A DNA stretch of 64,000 nucleotides from an uncultured Gemmatimonadales bacterium (GCA_963795085.1 CAWCFX010000006.1:780138-844137), one strand, 5' to 3'; shown: positions 38,893 to 49,330, counted from the first letter of the stretch. A program made the numbers and translations. The notes: generated by a model from the letters alone, not told the origin.

Positions 38893-39327
38893 ATGAAGGC
38901 TTCAGAACTGATGACCAGGGATCCCGCCTGCTGTACTCCCGAAGATTCCATCCAGCGAGCGGCAGAACTGATGAAAGATTGCGATTGCGGATGCATTCCC
39001 GTGGTGGAGAGCACGAACAGCAAGAAGCTGTCCGGCGTGGTGACCGACCGTGACCTGGCGGTGCGGGCGCTGGCCCAGGGCAAGGGCCCGGAGACGAAGG
39101 TCAGGGACGTCATGACCCGCGAGGTCAGTTGCTGCACCCCGGACGATGATGTCGCCGCCGTGGAGCAGATCATGACGCGGGAGCAGGTCCGCCGGGTGCC
39201 GGTGGTGGATACCGCGGGGAACTGCTGTGGGATGATCTCGCAGGCCGACCTGGCGCTCAACAACCGGGCCGCCAGCGATAAGGATGTGGGCCGGGTGGTG
39301 GAGAGGATCTCGGAGCCCGTGGGGTAA
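38893..39327 (+). CDS. CBS domain protein
   Basis: ELMT, GVVTDRDL, VRRVPVVD, GMISQADL; GGAGG RBS. Confidence 0.93.
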   Translation: MKASELMTRDPACCTPEDSIQRAAELMKDCDCGCIPVVESTNSKKLSGVVTDRDLAVRALAQGKGPETKVRDVMTREVSCCTPDDDVAAVEQIMTREQVRRVPVVDTAGNCCGMISQADLALNNRAASDKDVGRVVERISEPVG

Positions 39328-39472
39328 GGCGGGCAGCAGAAGACAAGCCGCCGAGGTCGCTGGGAACGCCCCGAGTCGTTGACGCCGGGGATATCCGGCG
39401 AGGCTCGGCGGTCTTTGCGTCCCTCCAGCGAACCTCTCCCGTCAAAGCCCTCCCCCGTCGCCCGCTTGCCCC

Positions 39473-42184
39473 TCAGTCCCTTCCCACCGTGCGTAGCCGG
39501 TCGAGGATCGCGCCCAGCCGCCGGATCTCTTCTCCGTAGCGGGCCCAGTCCCCGTCCCGCTGGGCCCGGAGCGCCGCATCGTAGGCGCGCTGGGCATCGG
39601 CCAGCAGGGGAACCGCATCCGCGGCGGCGGGTGAGGTCTGATCGGCTGTGGCCGGCGCCGCCACCCGGGACGGCCCGCTGCCTCCACCGAAGAGCTGGGT
39701 CAGCGCCGCGTCCAGGGTCTCGCCCATGACGACCTGGTTCTGGTAGGCGACCACCACCCGCTTGAGCTCGGGGATCTTGCCCCCTTCGGCCTGGAGATAG
39801 AGCGGCTGCACGTAGAGCAGCGACTCATTGATCGGGATCACCAGCAGGTCGCCCCGGATCACCGAGGATCCCCGCTGGTCCCAGAGCGAGACCTGCCGGG
39901 AGATCTCGGTGTCCTGGTTGATCCGGTTCTCGATCTGCTGGGGCCCGAAGACCAGGCTCTGCCGGCTCAGGCGGTACACCCGGAGCTTGCCGTAGTGTTC
40001 CCCATCGTTCCGGGCCACCACCCAGGCCGCCAGGTTGTCCTTGCCCCTCGGCGTGAACGGCACCATGTAAATGAACTCCGCCTGCTCTTCGTCCGGCAGC
40101 CGCATCACGATGTGCCGCATGAAGGGCACCGCCCCGTTGGCCTCCGCCACCATGGGGATCTGCCACTGGTCCTCCCGGTGATAGAAATCTTCCGGGGCCT
40201 CCATGTGGTAGGTGGTGTAGAGGCTGGTCTGGACCCGGTAGAGATCATCGGGATAGCGGATGTGGGCCCGCAGGTCCGCCGGCATGCTGTCCAGCGGGAC
40301 GAAGATGCCGGGGAAGATCTTCTCCCAGGTCCGGATCAGGGGGTCGGCCGGTTCCGCGACGTACGCGGTCACCGAGCCATCGTAGGCGTCGATCACCACC
40401 TTCACGCTGTTCCGCATGTAGGTGGTGCCATCGTCGGTCCGCTGGGCATAGGGATACCCGTCGGTCGCGGTATAGGCATCGAGCAACCACTTGAGGGTAC
40501 CCGCCTCGGTGATGACCATGTAGGGGTCGCGGTCGAAGCGGAGGAACGACAGGGCCTTCTTCGCCCGTTCCACGATGTCGCGGTAGTAGAGAGCCCGGCT
40601 CTCGTTGGTGATGTCCTGGGAGAAGAAGATCTTGGATGACCCGAAGCGGATCGCCAGCGCCAGCCGGCGCACCAGGTTGCCCACCTGCACGCCGCCGCTG
40701 CCCTCATAGGCGGCATAGATGTTCTCTTCCCCTGAGGGGTGGTCGAACTCCCGCTGCCGGGTCCCCACGAAGACGAAGTCGTTGGCCAGTTCGCCGTAGT
40801 AGATCTGCGGCCGGGTGATCGTGAGGGATCCCACATTGGACGCCGGCGGCAGGTCCTGCACGAAGAGCACCGGCAGGCCCTCGGTGGTGACCTGGTTGAC
40901 CGGCCCCAGGGTAAGGCCCATGCCATGGGTGAAGGTCAGGTGCTCGTTGATGAAGGTCCGGGTAGGGAGCGACCCGGCGTTCAGCTCCCGGGGGGAGAGC
41001 AGCACCTGGCGATACTTGCCGTCGATCCAGTAGCGGTCGTCGTCAATCGAGACGAAGTCGTAGTAGGTCCGGATCTCCTGCAGCTGGCCGAAGGTCAGGA
41101 GCAGCGGGTCCCGGTCCCAGAGCCGGACGTTCTCGATGGTGGGCGCGTTGGCCTTGATGTCGGCCAGGGTGAGGTTGGCCTCGCCGTCCAGTTCCCGGAC
41201 CTCGACGCTGTCGATCCCCCAGGCCTGGCGGGTGGCGGCGATGTGATGCACCAGGTAGGGCTTCTCCCGGGTCAGTTCGGTCGGCGCCACGATCAGCTTC
41301 TGCATCGCCATGGGGAAGAGCACCCGTCCCACCAGGGCAATCACGACGTAGCCCCCGATCGCCCAGAGGCCAAGCGAGGGCAGCTTCCTCTGCTGCGCCG
41401 CGACCACCACCAGGATGGCGGCGAGCCCGGCGAGCACCGCCGTGACCCGGAGCGCCGGAAGCCGGGCATGCATGTCGGTATAGCTGGCGCCGACCAGCGG
41501 CCCGGTGGTGGAGTACAGCAGGCTGGGGACATCAATGAACCAGAGCCGGACCGCGGTCAGCACCAGCAGCAGGGCCACCAGGATGGCCATGTGCAGGCCC
41601 GCCGAGGGCTCGAGGCGCACCTTGTTGGCCTGGAGCATGATGTCGCCGCGGAGGAGATAGATCGGGATCAGCATCACCAGCGAGAGCCCCAGGATCGCGG
41701 TGAGGAAGCCGCGGAACACGGCCAGGGCCGGCAGGGTGAAGACATAGAACCCGATGTCTTTACCAAAGACCGGGTCGGTGATGTTGAAGGAGGTGCCGTG
41801 AATGGCCTGGAGGGTGAGTTCCCAGACTGAGGTCGCGGCAAACCCGATGAAGAGCCCGAACCCGATGGCGGCCGGAAGGGTGAGCCGACGGAGAATGCCG
41901 CTTACGTCCACCCGCGGAATTTCCTTACCGTGGGTGAACACGATGGGATTGAAGCTGAGTCCCCGCTGGGCGATCCGGAGGTTGAGGTAGATCACCAGGG
42001 CCGCAAAGATGCCGACGCCGAGGAAGAGGAAGAACTGGGTCGAGATCTGGCGCGTAAAGACGACCTCGAAGCCGATCTCCTTGAACCACCACCAGTCGGT
42101 AAGCGTCGTGACCGAGGCCGGGAAGAGCAGCACGGCTCCGACGACAAGGACAGCGAGGGACACGAAGAAACGACGGCGGTTCAC
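39473..42184 (-). CDS. UPF0182 family membrane protein
   Basis: DWWWF.EIG, DPVFGKDIGFY, NVRLWD, QLQEIRTYY, YMRNSVK, IPELKRV. Confidence 0.95.
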   Translation of the reverse strand: MNRRRFFVSLAVLVVGAVLLFPASVTTLTDWWWFKEIGFEVVFTRQISTQFFLFLGVGIFAALVIYLNLRIAQRGLSFNPIVFTHGKEIPRVDVSGILRRLTLPAAIGFGLFIGFAATSVWELTLQAIHGTSFNITDPVFGKDIGFYVFTLPALAVFRGFLTAILGLSLVMLIPIYLLRGDIMLQANKVRLEPSAGLHMAILVALLLVLTAVRLWFIDVPSLLYSTTGPLVGASYTDMHARLPALRVTAVLAGLAAILVVVAAQQRKLPSLGLWAIGGYVVIALVGRVLFPMAMQKLIVAPTELTREKPYLVHHIAATRQAWGIDSVEVRELDGEANLTLADIKANAPTIENVRLWDRDPLLLTFGQLQEIRTYYDFVSIDDDRYWIDGKYRQVLLSPRELNAGSLPTRTFINEHLTFTHGMGLTLGPVNQVTTEGLPVLFVQDLPPASNVGSLTITRPQIYYGELANDFVFVGTRQREFDHPSGEENIYAAYEGSGGVQVGNLVRRLALAIRFGSSKIFFSQDITNESRALYYRDIVERAKKALSFLRFDRDPYMVITEAGTLKWLLDAYTATDGYPYAQRTDDGTTYMRNSVKVVIDAYDGSVTAYVAEPADPLIRTWEKIFPGIFVPLDSMPADLRAHIRYPDDLYRVQTSLYTTYHMEAPEDFYHREDQWQIPMVAEANGAVPFMRHIVMRLPDEEQAEFIYMVPFTPRGKDNLAAWVVARNDGEHYGKLRVYRLSRQSLVFGPQQIENRINQDTEISRQVSLWDQRGSSVIRGDLLVIPINESLLYVQPLYLQAEGGKIPELKRVVVAYQNQVVMGETLDAALTQLFGGGSGPSRVAAPATADQTSPAAADAVPLLADAQRAYDAALRAQRDGDWARYGEEIRRLGAILDRLRTVGRD

Positions 42185-42251
42185 GGCAACCTCCGGGGGC
42201 GTCGGCGATGGGAGCGGAACATCGGAACATAACCCGGTGGTGCAGGGGGTG

Positions 42252-42402
42252 CAGTGGGTCAGTGGGACAGTGGGACAGTGGGACAGTGGGACAGTGGGAC
42301 AGTGGGTCAGTGGGTCAGTGGGACAGTGGGACAGTGGGTCAGTGGGACAGTGGGTCAGTGGGGCAAGTGGGACAGTGGGACAGTGGGTCAGTGGGGCAGT
42401 GG
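42252..42402. repeat. Octamer array CAGTGGG(A/T), about 19 units
   Basis: Reverse complement of the unit at 19942. Confidence 0.95.
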
Positions 42403-42480
42403 CACGGCTGACCCCTTTGCCGTTACCCCCCTTATACTTCACTAGCCCTTCAGAGCCCCCCTTTCAGGAGCGAGGATTCC

Positions 42481-42762
42481 ATGGCCACCGCAACCCGGAA
42501 GAAGACGACCCGCAAGAGCACGCGCAAGACGCCCGCCCGCGCGGCGAAACCCGCGAAGCCCACCGCCAAGGCGAGACTGGCCAAGGCCGCCAAGTCGCTG
42601 GAACTGGCTGCGGCCAACTACGCGAAACGCGCGAGCGAGGCCGGCGTCGCGGCTGGGCGCGCGGTGAAGAAGGCCAGCAAGACGAAGACGGCGAAGATCC
42701 TGGGCGCGGCGGCCCTGGCGGCCGCGGGGTATGCGGCGTCGCGGGTGATTCGAGGCAAGTAA
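42481..42762 (+). CDS. Small Lys/Ala-rich protein
   Basis: Histone-like N-terminus and hydrophobic C-terminal anchor; RBS present; paralogue at 43394. Confidence 0.8.
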   Translation: MATATRKKTTRKSTRKTPARAAKPAKPTAKARLAKAAKSLELAAANYAKRASEAGVAAGRAVKKASKTKTAKILGAAALAAAGYAASRVIRGK

Positions 42763-42843
42763 TGGTCTGATAGCCTGGCCCCCTCACCCAGGCCCACTTC
42801 ATGCCTGAGAGGGGGTTGTCTTCTCTTCCCCGGCTAGTCGACC

Positions 42844-42987
42844 GTGAGAGCCCCAATGATCGCCGATCGTCGTTGCCCTGCTCACCGGCGTGGCGGTGGG
42901 CATCGGGATTTTCACCTTCGGCTATGCCCGGGGTGCCTCCTATCTCACCACGGATCCCGCCGCCTGCGCCAACTGCCACGTCATGCA
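42844..42987 (+). pseudogene. nrfH: NrfH-like cytochrome c N-terminal fragment
   Basis: GIFTFGYARGASYLTTDPAACANCHVM; a frameshift near 42865; truncated after the first heme motif. Confidence 0.7.
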
Positions 42988-43319
42988 CCTCACCCAGCTC
43001 CGCCCGAAGCGACGCCACCGCCTCGGAGCCCAGGTGGACGGTATCGGGCCTGGGGAGATGGATCCCATCCAGGCGGCGGCCGGTCTCCGACTGGATGACG
43101 AACTGGTGGAGATCGGTCTGCCGGGGCGATCTGTTCCCGGGCGTACGCCTCGACGCCGTCGCCCAGCGCGATCACGGCGACCAAGGCAGCCGTGCCGATG
43201 ACCACGCCGAGGGTGGAAAGGAAGGTGCGAAGCGGGTGGGTGGCGAGGGCACTGAGTCCGATGGAGAGCGCGTGTCGAATCATTCCGGCACAACGTCGGA
43301 ACATTCCAAAGTGTTTCAC
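42985..43319 (-). pseudogene. MacB/FtsX-like ABC permease N-terminal fragment
   Basis: HPLRTFLSTLGVVIGTAALVAVIALGDG; frameshift near 43125; truncated. Confidence 0.75.
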
Positions 43320-43393
43320 ATGGCAACGACCATGATTAGTGTTAATTTACGTGTGAGAGGTCAACTCAGAACCCAGACCAATGGAGGACAACG

Positions 43394-43678
43394 ATGGCAG
43401 GACGATCCCTGAAAAAGACTATCCGCACCGTGCGCAAGAGCATGCCCAGCAGGAAGGCCATGGTGTCGGCGACCCGGCAGACCGGGGCCCGGCTCAAGAA
43501 GGCCGCGATATCTCTCGAAAAAGCAGCCGCCAACTACGCCAGGCAGGCCAAGGCCGCCGGCGTGACAGCGGGCAAGACGGCGAAGAAGGTGAGCAAGACC
43601 CGCTCCGCGCAGGTGCTCGCCGCGGCGGCGCTGGCGGCGGCCGGGTATGTGGCGGTGAGGAAAGCCAGGAAGCGTTAA
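43394..43678 (+). CDS. Small Lys/Ala-rich protein (paralogue of 42481)
   Basis: Shares KAA.SLE.AAANYA...AAALAAAGY; GGAGG RBS. Confidence 0.8.
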   Translation: MAGRSLKKTIRTVRKSMPSRKAMVSATRQTGARLKKAAISLEKAAANYARQAKAAGVTAGKTAKKVSKTRSAQVLAAAALAAAGYVAVRKARKR

Positions 43679-43681
43679 GCC

Positions 43682-44513
43682 TCAGCGAAGGACGATTCGC
43701 TCCAGCGATTCCGTCAGGATCCTGGCCGTCGGCATCGACCGCTGCGCCTCCCTCGTCGCGCGGTCGTTCGCCGCACCGGACAGGTGAAACCCCGCCACCT
43801 GCCTCGGCTTGATCCACCGCTCGATCACCCGCCGGCCCTCGGCACTGCTCAGCATCCAGGACGGCAGCAGGGCCACGTCAACCCGGGCGGTGTCCAGCCG
43901 GAACGGCGCAAAGGCCTCCTCCGATACGTCGGTATCGTCCGACGTGGAGGATCCGCCGGCCCCCGATGGTGACCAGGAAACCGAGGTGTTCCACCACGGT
44001 GCGGTGACGGGCGCCGCCGTGCGGCAGACCGAGCAGCTCGACCTGGATCCCGTTGACGACCTCCGTCCGTCGCGCCCCTATCGGCGTCGTCCGGGCCCGG
44101 ATTCGCGCGGCGAGTCCCGGGTCGCGGGGCAGGCGACCGCGCAGGGAATCAATGACCTGCGTCGAGGTGACCAGGGTGGCGCGGGGATTGGCGAGCAGGT
44201 GGGGAGCCACCGACCTGGGATGGAAGTGGTCGCCGTGCCGGTGGGTGACCAGGACCAGGTCAACCGCATCGAAGGGCGCCCGCGCGGCCTCCAGGCTGGC
44301 GAGGGTGGAGTCGGCGGGATCGGCGTACTCCGGGCCGTAGTCACGAAAGAGTCCGTCGATCAGGACCTTTCGCGATCCGTCGGAGAGCATCACGCCTTCG
44401 TTGGCGATGAAGGTGATGGTGACGTCACTTTCGCCGGGTGGATGGGCGGCTCCGAGCGGCAGCAGCATCGCCGCGGCGGTGAACAGAACGAAGCGGGCGG
44501 ATCGTCGCGGCAT
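43682..44513 (-). pseudogene. MBL-fold hydrolase with a frameshift near 43938
   Basis: THRHGDH motif; ILHVG-[extra base]-DTDVSEE continues in another frame to the stop at 43682. Confidence 0.75.
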
Positions 44514-44635
44514 GTGAACCGGGGAAAGAGCGAGAGGCCTGGCAGACGTCATGACGGGACGCCCGGAGAGGTGGTTTCGCGTCACCCAGCCTGTTCTCTC
44601 CCGGCGTGGTCTACTCCCAGCCGCTCTACTCGTGG

Positions 44636-44672
44636 CCTCACCCCCAGCCCCTCTCCACTTCGTGGAGAGGGG
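44636..44672. repeat. REP-like hairpin
   Basis: CCTCACCCCCAG-CCCCTCTCCAC-TTC-GTGGAGAGGGG. Confidence 0.75.
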
Positions 44673-44703
44673 TGCCTGTTCCGCCAGGGAACCAGGGATA
44701 CGA

Positions 44704-44860
44704 CTACTCCCGCCCTCTTTACTCCCGCCCTCTTTCCTACCGCCCGTTTCTACCGCCCTCTTTTCTACCGCCCGTTTCTACCGCCCGTTTTCTCCCGCCC
44801 GTTTTCTCCCGCCCTGTTCCTACCGCCCTGTTCCTACCGCCCTGTTCCTACCGCCCTCTC
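44704..44860. repeat. Degenerate 13-15 bp array with a TACCGCCC core
   Basis: About 11 units; same family as 50404-50598. Confidence 0.9.
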
Positions 44861-44869
44861 TTGCAAGTA

Positions 44870-45622
44870 TCAGGAAGGCCCGGTCTTCAGCTCCGCCACC
44901 TGGCCCTGCAGGCTCTGAATCAGCTCCTTCAGTTCTTCAACCCTCGCGTCCTTCTGCTGCTCCAGCGGCGAGAGGAACCAGCTGACCGCGACGCCGCTGA
45001 GGATGCCGAAGACGGCGACACCGGCGGCCATCACGGCCGCCCCGATCAGGCGCCCCTCGGGGGTCAACGGATAGACGTCCCCATACCCTACCGTGGACAT
45101 GGTGGCGATCGCCCACCACATCGCGTCGTAGGCATCCTTGATGTTGGTGCCGGGACCCGATTCAAAGTGGAGGATGGCGATGCTGGACGCGGTGAGCAGG
45201 ATCAGGCTTCCCAGCACCGCGGCCAGGAACGCGCTCTCGGTTCGGCGGCCCGACATGAACAGCGCGATGGTGCGCGCCGAGCGGAAGGCGCGGAGCACCC
45301 GAAGCACGCGGAAGATGCGCCCGAGCCGGCCATAGCGGAGCGGGCCGATGGCGGGGATGCTGGAGATCAGGTCCACCCATCCCCAGGTCAGCATGTACCG
45401 GCGCCGGTCGGGGGACCGTTTCAGCGTCACCAGGAAATCAATGAAGAAGATCCCGCAGGCCACCGTGTCGGCATAGTGCAGGATGATCCGGGTATCCTCG
45501 CTCAGGTCGAAGAGCGGTCCGGCCCCGATGGCCAGGATCGCATATATGGAAAGGCTGAGGATGAAGATCTGGTACGGCGCGAAGCGGTGGTCCTTGGTTT
45601 CCGCCGGGGCGGGGTGCGACAT
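44870..45622 (-). CDS. Voltage-gated potassium channel (KvAP-like)
   Basis: S4 RLGRIFRVLRVLRAFR, WWAIAT, TVGYGD selectivity filter. Confidence 0.93.
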   Translation of the reverse strand: MSHPAPAETKDHRFAPYQIFILSLSIYAILAIGAGPLFDLSEDTRIILHYADTVACGIFFIDFLVTLKRSPDRRRYMLTWGWVDLISSIPAIGPLRYGRLGRIFRVLRVLRAFRSARTIALFMSGRRTESAFLAAVLGSLILLTASSIAILHFESGPGTNIKDAYDAMWWAIATMSTVGYGDVYPLTPEGRLIGAAVMAAGVAVFGILSGVAVSWFLSPLEQQKDARVEELKELIQSLQGQVAELKTGPS

Positions 45623-45913
45623 GGGGGAAGCTCCGTAAGTGTATAGGGGGACCAAGGTAACGCTGCACCAGGCGGGGAGCGGTGAGGAGTGAACAGGGGC
45701 TACTGTAATGCCCCGCCCTCCCATCCGTCTGCCTGTGTAGCCCGGCCGAGGGGCCGGGATTCATTCAACCGGGAGGCAGCATGCTGGATCGTAACGCGAT
45801 GGGTGGAGGCTCTTGCGGCTGTGGCGAGTGTGGCTGCGGCTGCGGCGACTGAACCGCCCACGGAACCCCGCCCGGCTGGACCGCCGGGCGCGGGTGCCGT
45901 ATCGTTGGCACCC

Positions 45914-46435
45914 ATGACTGCCGCACAGGGAGCTTCGCCGGACGTGATGCGGGCGCTGGTGGACAACCACCAGCGGTTCCTGGCGTTCCTGGAGAAACGG
46001 GTGGAGTCGCGGGAGGTGGCCGAGGACATTCTCCAGGACGGCTTCGCGCGGGCCATCGAGCGCGCCGCCGATATCAGGGAGCCCGGGTCCATCGTGGCCT
46101 GGTTCTACCGGCTGCTCCGGAACGCGGTGACCGATCATTACCGGCACCAGGGGGCCGAGTCGCGGGCCCTGGCGCGGGTAGCGGGAATGGAAGAGACCCG
46201 GACCGAGCCGGGCGACCAGGAGATGTTCGACACCGTCTGCGACTGCGTGGTCAGCCTGATGGAGACGCTTCGGCCGGCCTATGCGACGGCACTCCGGGAG
46301 GTGGAGATCGAGGAGCAGCCGCTGGCCGAGTATGCGGCCAGGGCGGGCATCACGGCGGGGAATGCTGCGGTGCGGCTCTTCCGCGCGCGCGAGGCACTCA
46401 GGAAGCAGGTGGTGCGGTGCTGCGGGCCGGTGTAG
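45914..46435 (+). CDS. ECF sigma factor (SigZ-like)
   Basis: AEDILQD, AWFYRLLRNAVTDHYR, AVRLFRAREALR. Confidence 0.85.
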   Translation: MTAAQGASPDVMRALVDNHQRFLAFLEKRVESREVAEDILQDGFARAIERAADIREPGSIVAWFYRLLRNAVTDHYRHQGAESRALARVAGMEETRTEPGDQEMFDTVCDCVVSLMETLRPAYATALREVEIEEQPLAEYAARAGITAGNAAVRLFRAREALRKQVVRCCGPV

Positions 46436-46489
46436 CACTGAGTCTCTCCGAGGGGCCACCACCCGAGTCCCTGAACAAACAGGGCGGCT

Positions 46490-47040
46490 TGCCCTGCCTG
46501 ATCACGAAAGCACGAACGACAAACTACAAAGCGTGAACGACAAAGCACGAACGACAAAGCACGAACGACAAAGTACGAACGACAAAGTACGAAATAGGCA
46601 AAACACAAGAAACAACTCTGACAGATACGGCTTCTTCTTCGCCAAGTTGCTGTTTTATTGGTGTTCTTTTCTTGTATTTCGTGCTTTGTTGTACCGGGCA
46701 GGGCTCGTGCGCACAATAGTCTAGCGGGACAACGCGGGGGCTGGCCCTGCCTGATCACGAAAGCACGAACTACAAACTGCAAAAGCGCGAACTCGTGCTT
46801 TGTTGTACCGGGCAGGGCTCGTGCGCACAATAGTCTAGCGGGACAACGCGGAGGCTGGCCCTGTCTGATCACGAAAGCACGAACTACAAACTGCAAAAGC
46901 GCGAACTCGTGCTTTGTTGTACCGGGCAGGGCTCGTGCGCACAATAGTCTAGCGGGGCACACGCCTTATGATTGTTCTTCTCTTTGTATTTCGTGCTTTG
47001 TTGTCCCGGGCAGGGCTCGTGCGCACAATAGTCTAGCGGG
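46490..47040. repeat. Cluster of MITE/REP-like elements (family D)
   Basis: 50-bp unit at 46679, 46793, 46907 and 46991; GCCCTGCC..AAAGCACGAA and TTCGTGCTTT..GGCAGGGC inverted ends; internal CGACAAA/GCACGAA heptamers. Confidence 0.9.
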
Positions 47041-48931
47041 ACTCACGACCGCCCACTTCCTCCACTTCCTTTCGCGCCTCAGCCAGCCGGTCCGCGCCCT
47101 CCCCGATCTGGCGCGCGGCGTCAATCAGCGTCGTCAACGACCCCAGCTCGGCGGCCCCCGCGTGAAGCCGGAGCAGGTCCAGCCGGATCCCTTCGAGGGC
47201 CGCCACGCTCTGGGCGAGGTGGGCGGCGGCCCCCTGCTTCCGCGCCGCCAGCACCTCGGTGTCTCCCGAGCCGGCGGGAACCAGGGCGGCGACCAGTTCG
47301 AGTTCCGCCCGCGCTCCCGCGGCCCGGGCCTCCAGCGCGGCCACGACGGCGGGCAACTCGCCCAGGTGCGCCCGCTGCGCCTCGGGAAGGGCCGCGTACA
47401 GTTCCGACGCGGCTAGTCCCAGGGCTGCTTCGGTGGCGCGGAACGCCGAGGCGCCGGCCAGCCGGGACCGATCCGGTGCCCCCAGCCGCCGGGCCAGCCA
47501 CTCCCCCACCCGGCTCTGCCAGAGCCGGTCGCGGATTCCCGTCTGCCACCACTTGCGGATCCGGTCAGGAATAAACTGCACGCCCAGCGCATTGCTCAGG
47601 GCGCCGAGCCCCATCGTGGTGAGGACGGGGGCGAGGACGAACATCATCCCCATGTCCCGCTCGTGGACCACTTCGGCGAGCACCAGCCCGAACGTCACGG
47701 CGAGCCAGCTGGCGGCACCGGCCGTCGCGAGCCGGAGGAGCCGGTGGGCGGGCGACTCCCCCTCGTCCCGGGCCGCCGCCTCGGTCTCGGCCTGCTCCCG
47801 CCGGGCGACCTCGAGCGCGGTCCGGAGATCGGCCAGGGTGTGGCCGGCCCGGAACTGTCGCGCCGCCTGGTTCAGATGGAAGCCGATCACGGGAAGGAGC
47901 GGCAAGGCCGCGATCGCGGCGAGCAAGACGATGTCGGCCGGCCCGTCCGGGCGCCGGCCGGCGAGCCACACGACGAGGTTCACCAGCGAAAGCGTGCCGA
48001 ACACGCCGGACCAGGCCAGGTAGGGAACCAGGAGCGGGTTCCGGGCGGCGAGCCAGGCCCGGAGCGGGGTCGGCAGGGCCGGACGGGTCTCCGGCGGCGG
48101 GGCGAGAGCTTCGGCCAGCGTCTCGCCGTCGGCGAACCGTGCCTCGGGGTCCCGGGCGAGACAGCGGTCAATCGCCGCCGCCAGCCCGGGCGGCACGCCG
48201 GGCGCCGCCGCCTGGAGTCCGGGTGGATCCTCGGTCGCCTGCCGCAGCATGAGGGCGGCCAGGTTGTTCGCCTCGAACGGAAGCTGGCCGCTCACCGCGA
48301 GGAAGCCGACCACGCCGAGGCCGTAGATATCGCTCCGGCCATCAGTGGTTTCGCCCGCCATCTGCTCCGGGCTCATGAAATGGGCCGTCCCCATGATCTT
48401 CCCCGGGTCGGTCGCCGAGCCGCGATCCCCGCCGCCATGGGCGATCCCGAAATCGGTCACCAGCGCCCGGCCGGTGGCGGCTTCGAGCAGAATGTTGTCC
48501 GGTTTCACGTCGCGGTGCACGATCCCGCGACCATGGGCGTACGCCAGCGCCCACGCCACCTCGCGAAGGATCCGGGTCGTCTCGGCGGGCGGGAGCGGGC
48601 CGGCCCGACGGATCCGCTCGCCCAGGGTCTCCCCTTCGACGTAACTCATGGCGAAGAAGACGAACCCGCCGGCTTCACCGACCCGGTGGATCGGCACGAT
48701 GTGAGGGTGGGAGAGCCCGGCGGCCATCCGCGCCTCACGGAGGAACCGCTCGCGCGCGGCCGGCGCCTGGGCCAGCTGGGTCGGGAGGACCTTGATGGCC
48801 ACGTCCCGGTCCAGCTGCACCTCGCGGGCGAGGTAGACCACGCCCATCCCGCCGCGGCCCAGCTCGCGCTGGATCGAGTACTCGCCCGCGAGCGCGGCCT
48901 GGAGGTCGAGGAAGTCGGAGGAGGGGGGCAT
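47033..48931 (-). CDS. Membrane Ser/Thr protein kinase
   Basis: GRGGMGVV, HRDVKPDN, DFGIA, GTAHFMSPEQ, 4 TM segments. Confidence 0.93.
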   Translation of the reverse strand: MPPSSDFLDLQAALAGEYSIQRELGRGGMGVVYLAREVQLDRDVAIKVLPTQLAQAPAARERFLREARMAAGLSHPHIVPIHRVGEAGGFVFFAMSYVEGETLGERIRRAGPLPPAETTRILREVAWALAYAHGRGIVHRDVKPDNILLEAATGRALVTDFGIAHGGGDRGSATDPGKIMGTAHFMSPEQMAGETTDGRSDIYGLGVVGFLAVSGQLPFEANNLAALMLRQATEDPPGLQAAAPGVPPGLAAAIDRCLARDPEARFADGETLAEALAPPPETRPALPTPLRAWLAARNPLLVPYLAWSGVFGTLSLVNLVVWLAGRRPDGPADIVLLAAIAALPLLPVIGFHLNQAARQFRAGHTLADLRTALEVARREQAETEAAARDEGESPAHRLLRLATAGAASWLAVTFGLVLAEVVHERDMGMMFVLAPVLTTMGLGALSNALGVQFIPDRIRKWWQTGIRDRLWQSRVGEWLARRLGAPDRSRLAGASAFRATEAALGLAASELYAALPEAQRAHLGELPAVVAALEARAAGARAELELVAALVPAGSGDTEVLAARKQGAAAHLAQSVAALEGIRLDLLRLHAGAAELGSLTTLIDAARQIGEGADRLAEARKEVEEVGGRESR

Positions 48932-49000
48932 GGATACAAAAGTAAGCGGTGAGCGGTGAGAAGTGAGCAGGCTTCGAAACAGGCAAAGCGAGACACTCGG

Positions 49001-49330
49001 GGCTGGCCCTGCCTGATCACGAAAGCACGAACGACAAACTACAAAGCGCGAACGACAAAGCACGAACGACAAAGCACGAACGACAAAGCACGAAATAGAC
49101 AAAACACAAGAAACACTCCCGACAATACGGCTTCTTCTTCGCCAATGGCCGTTTTATTGGTGTTCTTTTCTTGTATTTCGTGCTTTGTTGTCCCGGGCAG
49201 GGCTCGTGCGCACAATAGTCTAGCGGGACTCTCTTGGGGCTGGCCCTCTCTGTTTACTGCTGTTTTCGTTTCTTGTATTTCGTGCTTTGTCGTCCCGGGC
49301 AGGGCTCGTGCGCACAATAGTCTAGCGGGA
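49001..49330. repeat. Family D element cluster, direct copy of 46490
   Basis: Near-identical element of about 230 bp plus an extra 50-bp unit at 49280. Confidence 0.9.

Noticed and set aside
46679..47040. CRISPR array (regularly spaced 50-bp direct repeats)
   Set aside because: Two spacers are nearly identical and repeat-derived, the spacing is uneven (114, 114, 84), and there are no cas genes.
46279..47416. Repeat-derived ORFs (ARLLCARALPGTTKHE; also PQFPHSLNS near 57 kb and GQWDSG near 20 and 42 kb)
   Set aside because: They are translations of DNA repeats that stay open in several frames, not credible proteins.
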